A stretch of DNA of 64,000 nucleotides from a virus. Its lineage: Duplodnaviria > Caudoviricetes. Below, piece by piece: positions 37,456 to 48,220 of this stretch (the stretch's first letter is position 1; each line of letters starts with the position of its first letter). The translations under genes and the position numbers were made by a program. The notes beneath the pieces are model-generated. The model had not been told where the DNA came from. It was given only the letters and a program-made list of their open reading frames with translations, and ran no database searches. The stretch lies in IMG/VR virus record IMGVR_UViG_3300021256_000002, positions 128,001 through 192,000 of that record. One strand, given 5' to 3'.

Positions 37456-39864
37456 TTATGCGTTAGGAACTACTACAAAGCGACCTTCGGATTCAGTTAC
37501 CTGATAACCTTCACCAATCCATTCATCATTCGGTCTAGCGCTGAACGAACCACCAGTAATGGTAAGCGTTACAGTATGCTTAGTACCGATAATAAAGATT
37601 GGAATACCAGTAGGTGCGTCGAACGTACCGCCAGTAATGGTGCAAGTAACATCACCGTAGCGAGCGTTCAAATTGATTACGGCTTCAGCCATACCAGCAG
37701 TGCCGTCTCCACCTTCACCAGTATCACCGTTACCAAGAACGCTAAGTTTACCACCGTTGATTTCAATAACGCCATCGTTCGCAGCAATAGCACCAGCACC
37801 ACCACGAATAATACCATCATTAACAACCAACTTACCTTTATGCGGATGGTAAATTGCATAGTCAACAGTAGAAGTCAACGTACCACCATTCACTGTCGTA
37901 ACAGCATCAGCGTTAGTCAACGAACCGTTACCAGACAAGCAATACCAGCCAGCAGTGAGTTCACCAGAGTTGACGGTGATTTGAGCATCACTAAATCCGC
38001 ATACACCAAACTGACCCTTGTTTACGGGATCGTCTTCGATAACAGCGGAGATACCACCACCATCAAAGGTGAGAGAGCCACCTTCGCTAACCTGAATAAC
38101 ACCGCTTGCATGAGTTCTATCATACGGAGTGGTATTAACAACTTTAGCGGTACCAGTAATAGTCAAACTACCGTTTTCTACTGCGATACCAGAGTTGCTA
38201 CCACCATCAGAGGTAATATCGTTATCCATCTGAATCGCTATATCGTGCTTATCAATTACGATAGGAGTACCTACGCTATTGAGTGCTGCACTAACAGTGA
38301 GAGTATCACCAGGCAGCATCGTAGCTATAGCATCGCTAAGGTCTTCCGGGTTCTCGATGATATAGTCAACAGGAGTGTGCACACCATATTCAAGTTTCCA
38401 ACCTTTATTCGTAACGATAGCACGTTGGTCAGCGGAAAGCAGACTAGCTGATTCTACATCCAAGATATTCAACGTCGGAGCATCACTCGGATCCCCAGTG
38501 TACGGAACAAGACCGTCGAATAAGCTAAGGAGCGAATCAACGTCCAGATTCGTACCCTGAACCGAAAGAGAGACAGACAGAGTCTCAGGAACGACTCTCA
38601 GATACGACAGCTCGATACACTCATTGAACATCCCAGCTACAGCACTGGCAGTTGCAATCGAGGAGAAATCGATAGGAGTATCAATTTTCTCCAGAGAGCT
38701 ATCGCCATTGAACATGGATTTCATGGAAGTTACTCCGTGCGTAGTACCGAACGGATATACACGAACCATATTCGGACAACCGCTATACATACCGATTGCA
38801 GACGTTGCCTGTACCATACTGATTTCAGGACCAAACTTCAGAAGAGAGCATCCACTGAATGCGTAGTCGAAAATATGGCATCTTATAGTATTCATATAAG
38901 GCACCTGTTCCAACTTAGAGCATTCCTGAACGAATCCACCAATGTCATTTGCATACGCAAAGTTATACTGCGGAATCTCTTCCAGATTATAATCCTGGTA
39001 GAACATACGACGGAAAGATGTGGTGCTATTGGTACGAACCTTAGGACCAACTTTCAAGGTGCTATTCTGAGCATACTTCTGATAGCAGGACGCACCTGCA
39101 TTAGGAATATTCTCATTATACCACCAAAGCTGACCTGTGACGGCTTTCAACCATAAATCACCATCAAGAATTTCCTCATCTTTGTAATAATCCCCAAACA
39201 GCCAATGTGAAACGTCTTTACGAAGAGCGACCTCTTCACCTTTGTAAGCAAAATGCTTACCATCAGGAAGTGCTGTAATGTCATTCAATACAGACAGATT
39301 GCCGTCATGAGAATGCATTTTAGCAACCATATCATCAATATCTTCCGGAGAAGACTGAGGCAAGATATGTTTAAGAGCTTCCCAAGTGAGTTCAAGGTCT
39401 AAAGCTTCATGCTCGCAGACTTTTTCCCAACCTTTATCAAGGCTGGTGTAGTCTGCATCACTCGTTCTCTTATAAATAGCCCAACCCGAATCAACTGTCG
39501 GATCGGCACTTGCATCTAATACGAAACAAATAGAGCCGGGATTGACGTTATCAGCAGCGAGCATTGCTGGAATATCAGCAAATTCGATTTTGATATAAGT
39601 CATCCCATCTGGCATATTGTCAAGAGAAACGTATCCGTTTTCATCTAACAAACAGAGACCAAGTGGTTCACCAGCTTTTGCCAGTGCAAGCTTGTTCTTA
39701 GCAGTTAAATGCTCGTTGGAGCTTACGTGATCCCATACAGTGACACCAGATCTACCTTCTATCTCAACCTGTTGAGCAACAGTTTTGGGAAGCATGGTAA
39801 TAATCTCATGGTTCTCGGGATTACGATAAACGAAACCAACAAGCCTTTCTACCGTAATAGCCAT
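37456..39864 (-). CDS. Fibre/receptor-binding-like protein: shared N-module, BspA-type LRRs, C-terminal beta-helix
   Basis: MFxxCxxL repeats then (I/V)xGGxx beta-helix repeats; late motif on minus strand at 39895-39906. Confidence 0.7.
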   Translation of the reverse strand: MAITVERLVGFVYRNPENHEIITMLPKTVAQQVEIEGRSGVTVWDHVSSNEHLTAKNKLALAKAGEPLGLCLLDENGYVSLDNMPDGMTYIKIEFADIPAMLAADNVNPGSICFVLDASADPTVDSGWAIYKRTSDADYTSLDKGWEKVCEHEALDLELTWEALKHILPQSSPEDIDDMVAKMHSHDGNLSVLNDITALPDGKHFAYKGEEVALRKDVSHWLFGDYYKDEEILDGDLWLKAVTGQLWWYNENIPNAGASCYQKYAQNSTLKVGPKVRTNSTTSFRRMFYQDYNLEEIPQYNFAYANDIGGFVQECSKLEQVPYMNTIRCHIFDYAFSGCSLLKFGPEISMVQATSAIGMYSGCPNMVRVYPFGTTHGVTSMKSMFNGDSSLEKIDTPIDFSSIATASAVAGMFNECIELSYLRVVPETLSVSLSVQGTNLDVDSLLSLFDGLVPYTGDPSDAPTLNILDVESASLLSADQRAIVTNKGWKLEYGVHTPVDYIIENPEDLSDAIATMLPGDTLTVSAALNSVGTPIVIDKHDIAIQMDNDITSDGGSNSGIAVENGSLTITGTAKVVNTTPYDRTHASGVIQVSEGGSLTFDGGGISAVIEDDPVNKGQFGVCGFSDAQITVNSGELTAGWYCLSGNGSLTNADAVTTVNGGTLTSTVDYAIYHPHKGKLVVNDGIIRGGAGAIAANDGVIEINGGKLSVLGNGDTGEGGDGTAGMAEAVINLNARYGDVTCTITGGTFDAPTGIPIFIIGTKHTVTLTITGGSFSARPNDEWIGEGYQVTESEGRFVVVPNA

Positions 39865-39991
39865 TTGGAATTCACCTTCTTTCTATTAGTATTTTATTCA
39901 TCTGTCAAAATATCAGTGTGCGCGTACTTAACACAACAAGGAAGTAATCCAAAGGTGAATAACCAATTAAAATAGAAAGGAATGATAAGCA

Positions 39992-40765
39992 ATGCCTATC
40001 AATACTCAGAAATTGATTACTTTGACTCGGGTAAATGCTGACAAGTCCGTTACTGCATACTATCCGAAAACAGTCTCCAGCCAGGTTTACCTGACGGATA
40101 CGCTCACCGTTAAGGATCACGTTGACAATACCAACATCCATCTGTCCGCTGCTGAACGTTTGATGTTCACGAACATGAACCAGGCTAACGGCCTCGTACA
40201 GCTGGATTCCAATGGTTTTGTGCCGACTGCAAATATCAACCCGGCCGTTCTGGCTATCACGACTGAATTCGCTGATATCGCTGCTATGCTCGCAAGCACT
40301 GGTGTTGAACCGGGCCAGCTGGTATGGGTAAATGATGCTTCTGGTGATACGACGGTTACCTCCGGTTGGGCTATCTATCGTAAACGTGTTGGCGTAGGTA
40401 TCGACTACACGGATCTGGCTGGTTGGACGAAGGTTGCTGAATCTGAAGGCCTGGACGTTGTTGTTCAGTGGGCTAACATTCAGGGCAAACCGACCTCTGC
40501 CGTTGCAGATATCGATGACGCTGTTACGAAGAAGCATGAACACACCGACCTGACGGCTCTGAACAAGCTGACGGATGCTGGTAATGGCCTGCTCTATGAC
40601 GGCGCTGCCGTTGCTATGCAGAGCGAAGTTTCCCATCTGGCTCTGGCTACGGAAGCCAATGTTGATACCGTTGCAGCTGGCATGGCTGAAAACGACGTTA
40701 TCTTCGTTGTTACGAATGATAACTTCACGATGCCGACGACGGTTCCGACTCAGCCGACGACCTGA
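39992..40765 (+). CDS. Fibre-associated protein made mainly of the shared N-module
   Basis: PKT..LDxNG..EFADIxAML..DASGDxTVxSGWAIY..GWxKV..DIDDxV..HxH shared with 37456; late motif aaca-aggaag-ta at 39935-39946; strong codon bias. Confidence 0.65.
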   Translation: MPINTQKLITLTRVNADKSVTAYYPKTVSSQVYLTDTLTVKDHVDNTNIHLSAAERLMFTNMNQANGLVQLDSNGFVPTANINPAVLAITTEFADIAAMLASTGVEPGQLVWVNDASGDTTVTSGWAIYRKRVGVGIDYTDLAGWTKVAESEGLDVVVQWANIQGKPTSAVADIDDAVTKKHEHTDLTALNKLTDAGNGLLYDGAAVAMQSEVSHLALATEANVDTVAAGMAENDVIFVVTNDNFTMPTTVPTQPTT

Positions 40766-40831
40766 TTGGTTGAATCTGATTATTGCTCATAAAAGAAAGA
40801 TAGAGGTTAATTCCTCTATCTTTCTTCTGTT

Positions 40832-41914
40832 TCAATAATCCATTTGAACTACACCAGGTTCTAAGGTTTTCATCATCTTCTCAGTGAACCATTTCGGCGC
40901 TACTCGTATTACTTCAAATATCGTAGTTATATTATCTGGGAATGAACGATTCCCATATATTTTCTTACCATTACGAGAAATAACTTGGAATACCAAGACA
41001 TTCTTTTCTCGTGTATATGCACTTATAAAGCTTGGTCTTGGTAATACAATCTCATCGAGTATCATATCAATAAGTGCTGAGCATACCCATTCAGATTCTT
41101 TCAATACAGTTATATTACCCAAGTCATACGTATTATATCTGTTTTTTCCACCATACTCTTTATTTATATCATGATTCATTCTAAACTTAGTAATACCTTG
41201 CTTATTACAAAGCTCGATGAATTTTTCAATATCTTCAATTCCCATTACGGAACTGATTAAATTTAATAATACGGTATAATAGCTTGTATACGGATGATAT
41301 TCATTTATCGTTAATGGATTCTTTAGATGCTTATTTAAAGTTAGATACGTGCTATATTCATAATAATAATCCATATCGATGCCAGTGAATTCTTTTTCAA
41401 TTTCCTTTCGATTCTCTTCTATCCACCAAACGGTATGAAGTTCATTAGCGATTTCCATCCTCAGGTTATCATCTAACACAACATCTTTACCATTCATAGC
41501 ATCGTCGGCTTTCTCGAAGATAATTTCTGGCTGAGTTTTCTCTTCTTTATTCTGAGTTAATAACTTAATATTTTGCTCACAATGAGAAAGCTCATGGAAT
41601 ACAACTCCTACAATTAATCCAAGAGCTTTCTCCTCATCTAACCCACCAAGTCCATTTCGCATTCGACAGCTATTGATTTCTTTGAGAGAATCTATATTGA
41701 TAAAGATAACTCCTCCAGGAATACTCGAACCCATAACAGTTCGATTGATTCCTATATCAATATCTCTTTCTAAACTAAATTTCAAATACTTAGCTTTTAT
41801 AGTAGGATTTATTCTACCATTAGCAAAATTGTATGCGTGTCTTGCAACCATTTTTGTATATTCATAAATCAGGTCTTTAGTGACCAACTTAGTAACATTC
41901 GATTTTTTTCCCAA
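40832..41914 (-). CDS. Putative zinc metallopeptidase-like protein
   Basis: FHELSHCEQ (HExxH) and downstream EIANE; overlaps the end of the primase gene. Confidence 0.5.
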   Translation of the reverse strand: MGKKSNVTKLVTKDLIYEYTKMVARHAYNFANGRINPTIKAKYLKFSLERDIDIGINRTVMGSSIPGGVIFINIDSLKEINSCRMRNGLGGLDEEKALGLIVGVVFHELSHCEQNIKLLTQNKEEKTQPEIIFEKADDAMNGKDVVLDDNLRMEIANELHTVWWIEENRKEIEKEFTGIDMDYYYEYSTYLTLNKHLKNPLTINEYHPYTSYYTVLLNLISSVMGIEDIEKFIELCNKQGITKFRMNHDINKEYGGKNRYNTYDLGNITVLKESEWVCSALIDMILDEIVLPRPSFISAYTREKNVLVFQVISRNGKKIYGNRSFPDNITTIFEVIRVAPKWFTEKMMKTLEPGVVQMDY

Positions 41915-42920
41915 ATTTCAGCACGGCCTTTCTAAGTTTTATTCTTTCGGGTTTTATTCCAAAATCTTTCTCACCTTCCATATCGTTATAATATAAATTA
42001 ATACTATTGAACCAAAAGTCGAAGCTCTCTAAAGACTTCGCATACCAATACGGACTCTTATCAGAATCCGAGAATATATTTACGTTTAAATTCGTTAAAA
42101 ATCCTTTCTTTAAGAAATACTTTAAGACTCTAACATATCCAGAGCCACATACTGCAACATAGATATTATTATCTGTATTAGCCTTATTTACATGGAAGAA
42201 CACTCCATGTAAATCGAACGTTCCTTCACAGATATTCAAGTTAAGTTCATCTGTTAATGGGTCAGCTGGCATTGGTATACTATAGAATGTTTGACCGTCA
42301 GTAAACGCATTTGATACATGATACTTGATATACTTTAATGGATGATTCCCAGTAATATCTCTTAACGTAATCATAGATTTATCTGACGATAAGAACCCTA
42401 TATAATCTGTATCCAATACTTTGATATTCCAGTTACCAGTTGGACTCAATGCATTCAACATCAAGAAATCACTCATTGATGTTATTACTCGCATATATTC
42501 GAGACTAGAACATGTGTACGGTATACCCATTCTATTTTGCATATATTCAACTTTTCTTTCTGCATATGGGTCATTTTCCCGTATCTTAGGAACTTGAATT
42601 CTTTGATATTCTTTATAACTGATAAACTTTTTAGTACCACCTTTTCCAACTGAATTAGTTCTGTTGTAATGAGATAGTTCAGAATACATATTGATATCAG
42701 TTATACCCAGATCTCTTAAAAAGGAATACGTTGCGATACCGGATGCTTCACAAACCCAGCAATGGAATATTACTGGTTGACCTGGACGAAGCCATACGGT
42801 ACAATGAGGTTTTGTATTTTTATCTGAATCTCCACATATCGGACATCGAACCCATACATACTCTTTGTATGGTTTTGCATATGGAGTTGCTAATAAAGCC
42901 TCCTTTAATTTATCTAACAT
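41889..42920 (-). CDS. DNA primase (DnaG/T4 gp61-like)
   Basis: Zn finger CPICGD...HCWVC; TOPRIM ICEGTFD and FSDSD; early motif 42937-42953. Confidence 0.9.
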   Translation of the reverse strand: MLDKLKEALLATPYAKPYKEYVWVRCPICGDSDKNTKPHCTVWLRPGQPVIFHCWVCEASGIATYSFLRDLGITDINMYSELSHYNRTNSVGKGGTKKFISYKEYQRIQVPKIRENDPYAERKVEYMQNRMGIPYTCSSLEYMRVITSMSDFLMLNALSPTGNWNIKVLDTDYIGFLSSDKSMITLRDITGNHPLKYIKYHVSNAFTDGQTFYSIPMPADPLTDELNLNICEGTFDLHGVFFHVNKANTDNNIYVAVCGSGYVRVLKYFLKKGFLTNLNVNIFSDSDKSPYWYAKSLESFDFWFNSINLYYNDMEGEKDFGIKPERIKLRKAVLKFGKKIECY

Positions 42921-42995
42921 ATTACATCACCAATCTTATAATATATATTTAAAATCTGTATTGGGATTTTTATATCCCAATACAGATTTGTATTT

Positions 42996-44540
42996 TCAGA
43001 TTTGATTTTCAAGCATCAGCATTTCCTGTTTGAGTTCAGTGTAATCAATATCTAAGATTTCACCGAATAAATCAGGAAGCTCGTAATCAACAATAGCGAA
43101 CTGAGTATTTGCAATATCAGCAATTGGCTCAGACAACAAGTCGCTACGACCCATATCATCCAATGCAGGATACTTTTCTTTCTTCAGGTTCTTGTAGATA
43201 TCAGAATGTTCGATATCCTCAACGAATTTACCATTCTGAACTGTCCTATTCGTCAAATATCCTTCTACGTTAGAAGAGATAATAATAGGAAGCCATTTAA
43301 ACCCAAGCATACGAAGTTTCTTCTTCATCATAATCATGAGCTTCATGTATCTAGTCAAACCAGCACTGTTAGAAAGGTCAGTGAATCCTCCAAAGTATTT
43401 AGCGTACCAATTGAACACAAGTTTACGATTGATACGTTCAACACGATGATGCTTGATGTAATATTCGACTTCTTTTTTCGGAATCTTGATATGAAGCTTC
43501 CGTTTCAAAGTCTTGATGGTATGTTTTGCGTTGATTTCAGAGAGGATAATCAAACTCTCATCAATCTTCGTGGTATTCATCTCCAACTTATCCAGATAGG
43601 ATAAACCATCACTATCCTTATCTTCGTTAATCTCTTGGAGAGTAATACCGAAATTCTTCACACATCTGTAAGTCAATTGAGTCTTCAAGATTACAGAGTT
43701 GAATGAAATGATATTCTGACTGAAGTTATATTTGAAGATATTATCTACAATCAGATTCTTGTTAAGCAATTCTTCGGTATAAGCTTCAGCATCAACTGAG
43801 TTAGCTTCATACTTATCCCAAATAACACGGTTTTTCATCTCGTTATATTTTACTTTGGTGCTAATTGAATTATACATTTTAGCATATAAACATACGTTCT
43901 CGGCTACTTCGGTAACCACGAATAACGGTCTGAAATACAGGTCTAATTTCTTAACTTCACCTTTACCTTTCGCTGTGCTAATATAATGCATTACCAAAGG
44001 AATAAGGAACTTTATGAATGTACTGATTAGAATCAGAATCTTTGCATGTTCATTAGTAAATTCTAATGATTCAGAATAATTCTTATCGGGGTCTTTGTTC
44101 TGAGACAAATCAATCCGATAGTTATCCTCTACAAAGTGAACTATCTTTGCATACATCGTCGGAGTGACGAAATGCTTGTAGATAAAGTCAATCATCGTTT
44201 CTCTATTAGGAACGAATTTATTATTATCAATAAAGCATTTACATGCTAGATAGTTAAGAATCAATTCACCGTCATCATAGAACTTGATGAAGTAATTGAT
44301 GTAATGTGTGATAAGCTCGAATTTCTTCACATAAGAATCCTTGAATAAGACGTAGAACATGTTTCTATCTTCAATCTCTACCCCATGAATAAGTTTATCA
44401 AATGGGATAATTACCGTCTTATCCTTATACGTGACAACATTGTCACTTGGCTCAGGACGCCATTCATCTACGGGAATAACTCCTGCTTTTACTGCTAATA
44501 CGTCTACTGGTTTTGGATTACTCAATTTTATTCCTCCCAC
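42996..44540 (-). CDS. Probable non-virion RNAP promoter-specificity (sigma-like) subunit, phiKZ gp68/AR9 gp226 type
   Basis: 514 aa helical protein with early motif 44572-44587; LEFTNEHAKILILISTFIKFLIPLVMHY and DKDSDGLSYLDKLE resemble segments I recall from the gp68 family. Confidence 0.5.
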   Translation of the reverse strand: MGGIKLSNPKPVDVLAVKAGVIPVDEWRPEPSDNVVTYKDKTVIIPFDKLIHGVEIEDRNMFYVLFKDSYVKKFELITHYINYFIKFYDDGELILNYLACKCFIDNNKFVPNRETMIDFIYKHFVTPTMYAKIVHFVEDNYRIDLSQNKDPDKNYSESLEFTNEHAKILILISTFIKFLIPLVMHYISTAKGKGEVKKLDLYFRPLFVVTEVAENVCLYAKMYNSISTKVKYNEMKNRVIWDKYEANSVDAEAYTEELLNKNLIVDNIFKYNFSQNIISFNSVILKTQLTYRCVKNFGITLQEINEDKDSDGLSYLDKLEMNTTKIDESLIILSEINAKHTIKTLKRKLHIKIPKKEVEYYIKHHRVERINRKLVFNWYAKYFGGFTDLSNSAGLTRYMKLMIMMKKKLRMLGFKWLPIIISSNVEGYLTNRTVQNGKFVEDIEHSDIYKNLKKEKYPALDDMGRSDLLSEPIADIANTQFAIVDYELPDLFGEILDIDYTELKQEMLMLENQI

Positions 44541-44588
44541 TAAGTTTAAAATTGTTTTTCTGTACGATAAGATAATATATATTTCAAA

Positions 44589-45392
44589 TTATCTTTTCTT
44601 AATCCGTGGAGTTGTTTTTACGTGCTTGACCGTCTTAGTTGTACCTACAAATGGAACGGTTTTAACCATCTTAGTAGCAGCTCGTTTGACCTCTTTTGTT
44701 GCTGCTTGAACTGGTTTAACTACGTTCCGCTTAATCTCCTTTTCTAGACGTTTGATAATCGAACGTGAAGCTTCGGACCTCTTTTCCATAGCTTCATCTG
44801 ATGTTAATACCACTCCCGTGTTAAAGCTAGAGATATCACTTGCTCTCCGTAACGCATTTGACTTTCGTAAGTGGTAATCGTTAAGATGCAAGAAATACAG
44901 AGCAAAGAATATCGCATAATCATACCCGATAGCTAAATCAGGATTATTCTTCTTAGGTTTCTCTTGGAGAACCTTATCTGGAAATTTTTGCAATAACGAT
45001 GGGATAAGTAATTTGTAATGATTGTACGCATATGCATACGTAAAGGTAAACCCTGGGGAATTTGAGAACAGGCGAATTTCGTAGTTCTTCAAGTCGCTTT
45101 CCTGTCGGGTTATCTTTTCTTCTTTACGGTCTTTAATATCAAACTCAATCACTACATCGTATATCACTTCAGAATCAGTCAAAGATTCTATATTGAAATG
45201 ATATAACCATAAATCCTTATTCTTATCTACAAACACTGAATAAGGAAGAGTGTCATGCGAACGCATGTATTCATTAAATTTCTGAATAAGACCATTCTTA
45301 GCCATGATGGTCTTATATTTCTCACTCCTTCCTACGATAGATGGATCACGCATGAAATTTTCAAGAGTTCGTCGAACTTCTTTCTTCATCAT
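44589..45392 (-). CDS. Hypothetical protein with basic C-terminal tail
   Basis: 267 aa ORF with AAAGGGGG SD. Confidence 0.6.
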   Translation of the reverse strand: MMKKEVRRTLENFMRDPSIVGRSEKYKTIMAKNGLIQKFNEYMRSHDTLPYSVFVDKNKDLWLYHFNIESLTDSEVIYDVVIEFDIKDRKEEKITRQESDLKNYEIRLFSNSPGFTFTYAYAYNHYKLLIPSLLQKFPDKVLQEKPKKNNPDLAIGYDYAIFFALYFLHLNDYHLRKSNALRRASDISSFNTGVVLTSDEAMEKRSEASRSIIKRLEKEIKRNVVKPVQAATKEVKRAATKMVKTVPFVGTTKTVKHVKTTPRIKKR

Positions 45393-45509
45393 GCTAATTC
45401 CCCCTTTAATTTATAAAAACTTAGGGACATATAATTCTCTTGTTGTGCATACTTTTTATTTTAATACAAGAATTAAAACCCCATCACCTCTTTGGTGATG
45501 GGGTCCATT

Positions 45510-47429
45510 TTACTTATTAGCATTCTTAGCTGCAACGCGCTTAACCTGAGATGCAATGTACTGATTAGCACTCATCAGAGTACCTACCAGAGAGATAGAA
45601 CCTTTAATGATTTCAATATCCGTTTTGATGGAATTGATAACATCACGGTTGTATTCTTCCGTTGTAAGGTCAAAGCACATTTCATCTTCAAGAGACTTGT
45701 TGATGACTGACTTAACATAATCAATCGTCGTATCCGGGTTCTTATTCTTATGAATCGTCAGGATTACTCGACAGAAAGTCTCCCAAAGAGCATTGCTAAT
45801 CTTCTTCTCAAACGGGTCTTCCAGCTTCGGCTGGATTTCTTTGAGAGCTTTGAAGATAGCCAGGTTATTACCGTAGTAATATCCATGCTTAACTGCAGAA
45901 GAGCAAGCCTTGATAGCGTCGTCAACCGAATCATTCTGCATAGAACGTTCAAGTTCAGACTTACCACCAATCTTGATAGTTGCAGACTTACAGGACAGAT
46001 GCTGGATACGTTCAAGAGCATACATGTACTCTTTATGAACATAACGAGAGTTCTCTACCTGAGCATACTCCTTATTCAGCATATCCTGAGCATCATGGAG
46101 ATGAACATCCAGCATAGGTTGGTCTTTGTTGCTGAAACCACTGAACTCGATTTCTTTCATACCAAGTGTAATGTTATCGCAACGACCAATGAAGCCCATG
46201 AACATCTCCATAGCTTCTTTGTAGATTTCTTCAGGCTGTTTTTCCAGTTCAATAGCCTTAATTTTGTCGAATTCTTCAGGGCTAAGACCTTTGGAAATAG
46301 CTTCCTGCTTAGCGCGTTCAACACGCATCTCTTCAGACTTCTGCTGACGAAGAGCATTCATGTAAGAATTCACAGCATTCATGAATTCTTCAGCCGTAAC
46401 AAGGTTGATGATAGTCGAACCAAGATACGGAGTAAGGTCATCGTAGATGTAATGGTCTACTGGACGAATGAACGGTGCTTTTGCAAATACCAGTGGGTAC
46501 GGCGGAGCACCAGCCTGACCTTTCTGTTTGTAGAATTCACGGAATTTGATTACATCGGCACGAATGCGGTCACCGATGAAGTTATCGTAGTATGGAGCGA
46601 TGACAACCACACGGCTCTGGTCATCAATCGTATTGAGGAATTGCATGAACATCTGAATCATTTGCCAATGCTTATCTTCGAGAGTGAAGTCGAAGAGAAG
46701 AATGATCGGATGTTCGATAACAGCCGTATTGTTATCGGTATTCACATAAGTCTTGTCAAGGAACGAACCACGAATGTGATACGTATCATCCTTAATCTGA
46801 ATACCGGATTCGGTTGTTTCGGAGAACTCTTTGCCGATATGGACATCTTTACCGCATTTCTCATAGATATCGATGATGTGTTTGGTATATTCTTCATCAC
46901 CATTAGTTGCGATATAAGATACTTTCTTGACGATATCAAGATAGTTATCGTCAGTTACCGGTATTTTCAAGGCTTCGATTTCCATGATAAGCTTATCAAT
47001 AAAGCCCTGAGTTTTGCTAACGAAGTCTTTCGGACGGAGTTCTTTAGACAACCCGCTGGAATCAATGATGTCCATGAAGTTCTTAGCTGCCATAATGGTA
47101 GTTGTAGAACCGTCACCGACTTTCATGACCATCTGATGACTCATCGTCTGAATCAAATCCATTACAGCATTTGCCGACGGTTCATCAAAATGAATGTGGC
47201 TCAGTGCAGTATAACCATCTTTGGTCATATGATATTCACCGAGGCGTTCAATGATTGTACCTGAACCATACGGGCCAGCTGTACGACTAAGAGCGTTATA
47301 AATCTTATTGAAAATTTGGAGCATAAGGGTCTTAAACTGATGCTCTTCGATAACGTTCCAAGGATGTTCATCCGGAACGTTTCTTTTCATATTCAGTTCT
47401 AATACACCTGTAGTGTTACTCATGATCAT
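45510..47429 (-). CDS. GroEL-like phage chaperonin
   Basis: RTAGPYG, TKDGYT, VGDGSTTT (GDGTTT), DDAIKA motifs; late motif gaca-gtactc-ta at 47456-47467 (minus). Confidence 0.92.
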   Translation of the reverse strand: MIMSNTTGVLELNMKRNVPDEHPWNVIEEHQFKTLMLQIFNKIYNALSRTAGPYGSGTIIERLGEYHMTKDGYTALSHIHFDEPSANAVMDLIQTMSHQMVMKVGDGSTTTIMAAKNFMDIIDSSGLSKELRPKDFVSKTQGFIDKLIMEIEALKIPVTDDNYLDIVKKVSYIATNGDEEYTKHIIDIYEKCGKDVHIGKEFSETTESGIQIKDDTYHIRGSFLDKTYVNTDNNTAVIEHPIILLFDFTLEDKHWQMIQMFMQFLNTIDDQSRVVVIAPYYDNFIGDRIRADVIKFREFYKQKGQAGAPPYPLVFAKAPFIRPVDHYIYDDLTPYLGSTIINLVTAEEFMNAVNSYMNALRQQKSEEMRVERAKQEAISKGLSPEEFDKIKAIELEKQPEEIYKEAMEMFMGFIGRCDNITLGMKEIEFSGFSNKDQPMLDVHLHDAQDMLNKEYAQVENSRYVHKEYMYALERIQHLSCKSATIKIGGKSELERSMQNDSVDDAIKACSSAVKHGYYYGNNLAIFKALKEIQPKLEDPFEKKISNALWETFCRVILTIHKNKNPDTTIDYVKSVINKSLEDEMCFDLTTEEYNRDVINSIKTDIEIIKGSISLVGTLMSANQYIASQVKRVAAKNANK

Positions 47430-47465
47430 ATACCTCCAATAAATTTATTTACAACTAGAGTACTG

Positions 47466-48158
47466 TCAACCGAAAAATATATCTTTAGTTGGTTTTTTAA
47501 CAACTGGGAACGAACCAACGTTGTCATGTTTACTCAATTCATACTTAAGCTCATCGTTCTCAAGATTGAATGGATAAGCTGCTACACCAAAGTATATATG
47601 GTTATGGTTTCCTCCATCTATGATAGTTTTAACCCTATCAATATCCCAATCATATACGAGATTTACATCTCCAATATCATCCAAGCAATCAACAAAGTTT
47701 TCACTAACGACATACTGGATATTGTTATTAGATTCTAGGATATCTTGTAAGTCAGCGTGTTGTCTTACATCATAATATGGATTCCATATATAAATCTTAT
47801 CAATACAATATGACCTAGAGTACGTCTTTAGAGTCTTATATTGATACAACTCAGGTGATTCGATATACAATTGCTTGAATTTCTTCTTCATTTTAGTATA
47901 GAACTTATCATAATCGAATTCTTTCTTAGCTAACCATTCTAAAGGATTCTTAATCTTTCGATGTAATGTAGCAAAAGAAAGAGCATCATCGTTTGCCATT
48001 GTATCAATTAAAGAGAAATCTAAGAAATCTTTAAAGTTTTCACGGTATTTAGTTTTGATTGATTTTATGATAAACGGGTCTGGTGATTTCAATACGTTAT
48101 CATATACAAACACAACATTTGCCGTTTCAACTTGTAATTTTTTATACATCTCCATCAT
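47466..48158 (-). CDS. Hypothetical protein, possibly degenerate HAD fold
   Basis: GAGGG SD before ATG 48158; VVFVYDNVL resembles HAD motif I without the first Asp. Confidence 0.45.
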   Translation of the reverse strand: MMEMYKKLQVETANVVFVYDNVLKSPDPFIIKSIKTKYRENFKDFLDFSLIDTMANDDALSFATLHRKIKNPLEWLAKKEFDYDKFYTKMKKKFKQLYIESPELYQYKTLKTYSRSYCIDKIYIWNPYYDVRQHADLQDILESNNNIQYVVSENFVDCLDDIGDVNLVYDWDIDRVKTIIDGGNHNHIYFGVAAYPFNLENDELKYELSKHDNVGSFPVVKKPTKDIFFG

Positions 48159-48220
48159 AAGTATACCCTCATAACAAAATAAAAGACGAGAGGAATGATT
48201 TCCTCTCGTCCACACTCGTC

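Noticed and set aside
35800-40765. Invertible (shufflon-like) or DGR-diversified fibre locus
   Set aside because: The paralogs are inverted but only moderately similar at DNA level; no exact inverted repeats, invertase, reverse transcriptase or TR/VR pair are visible
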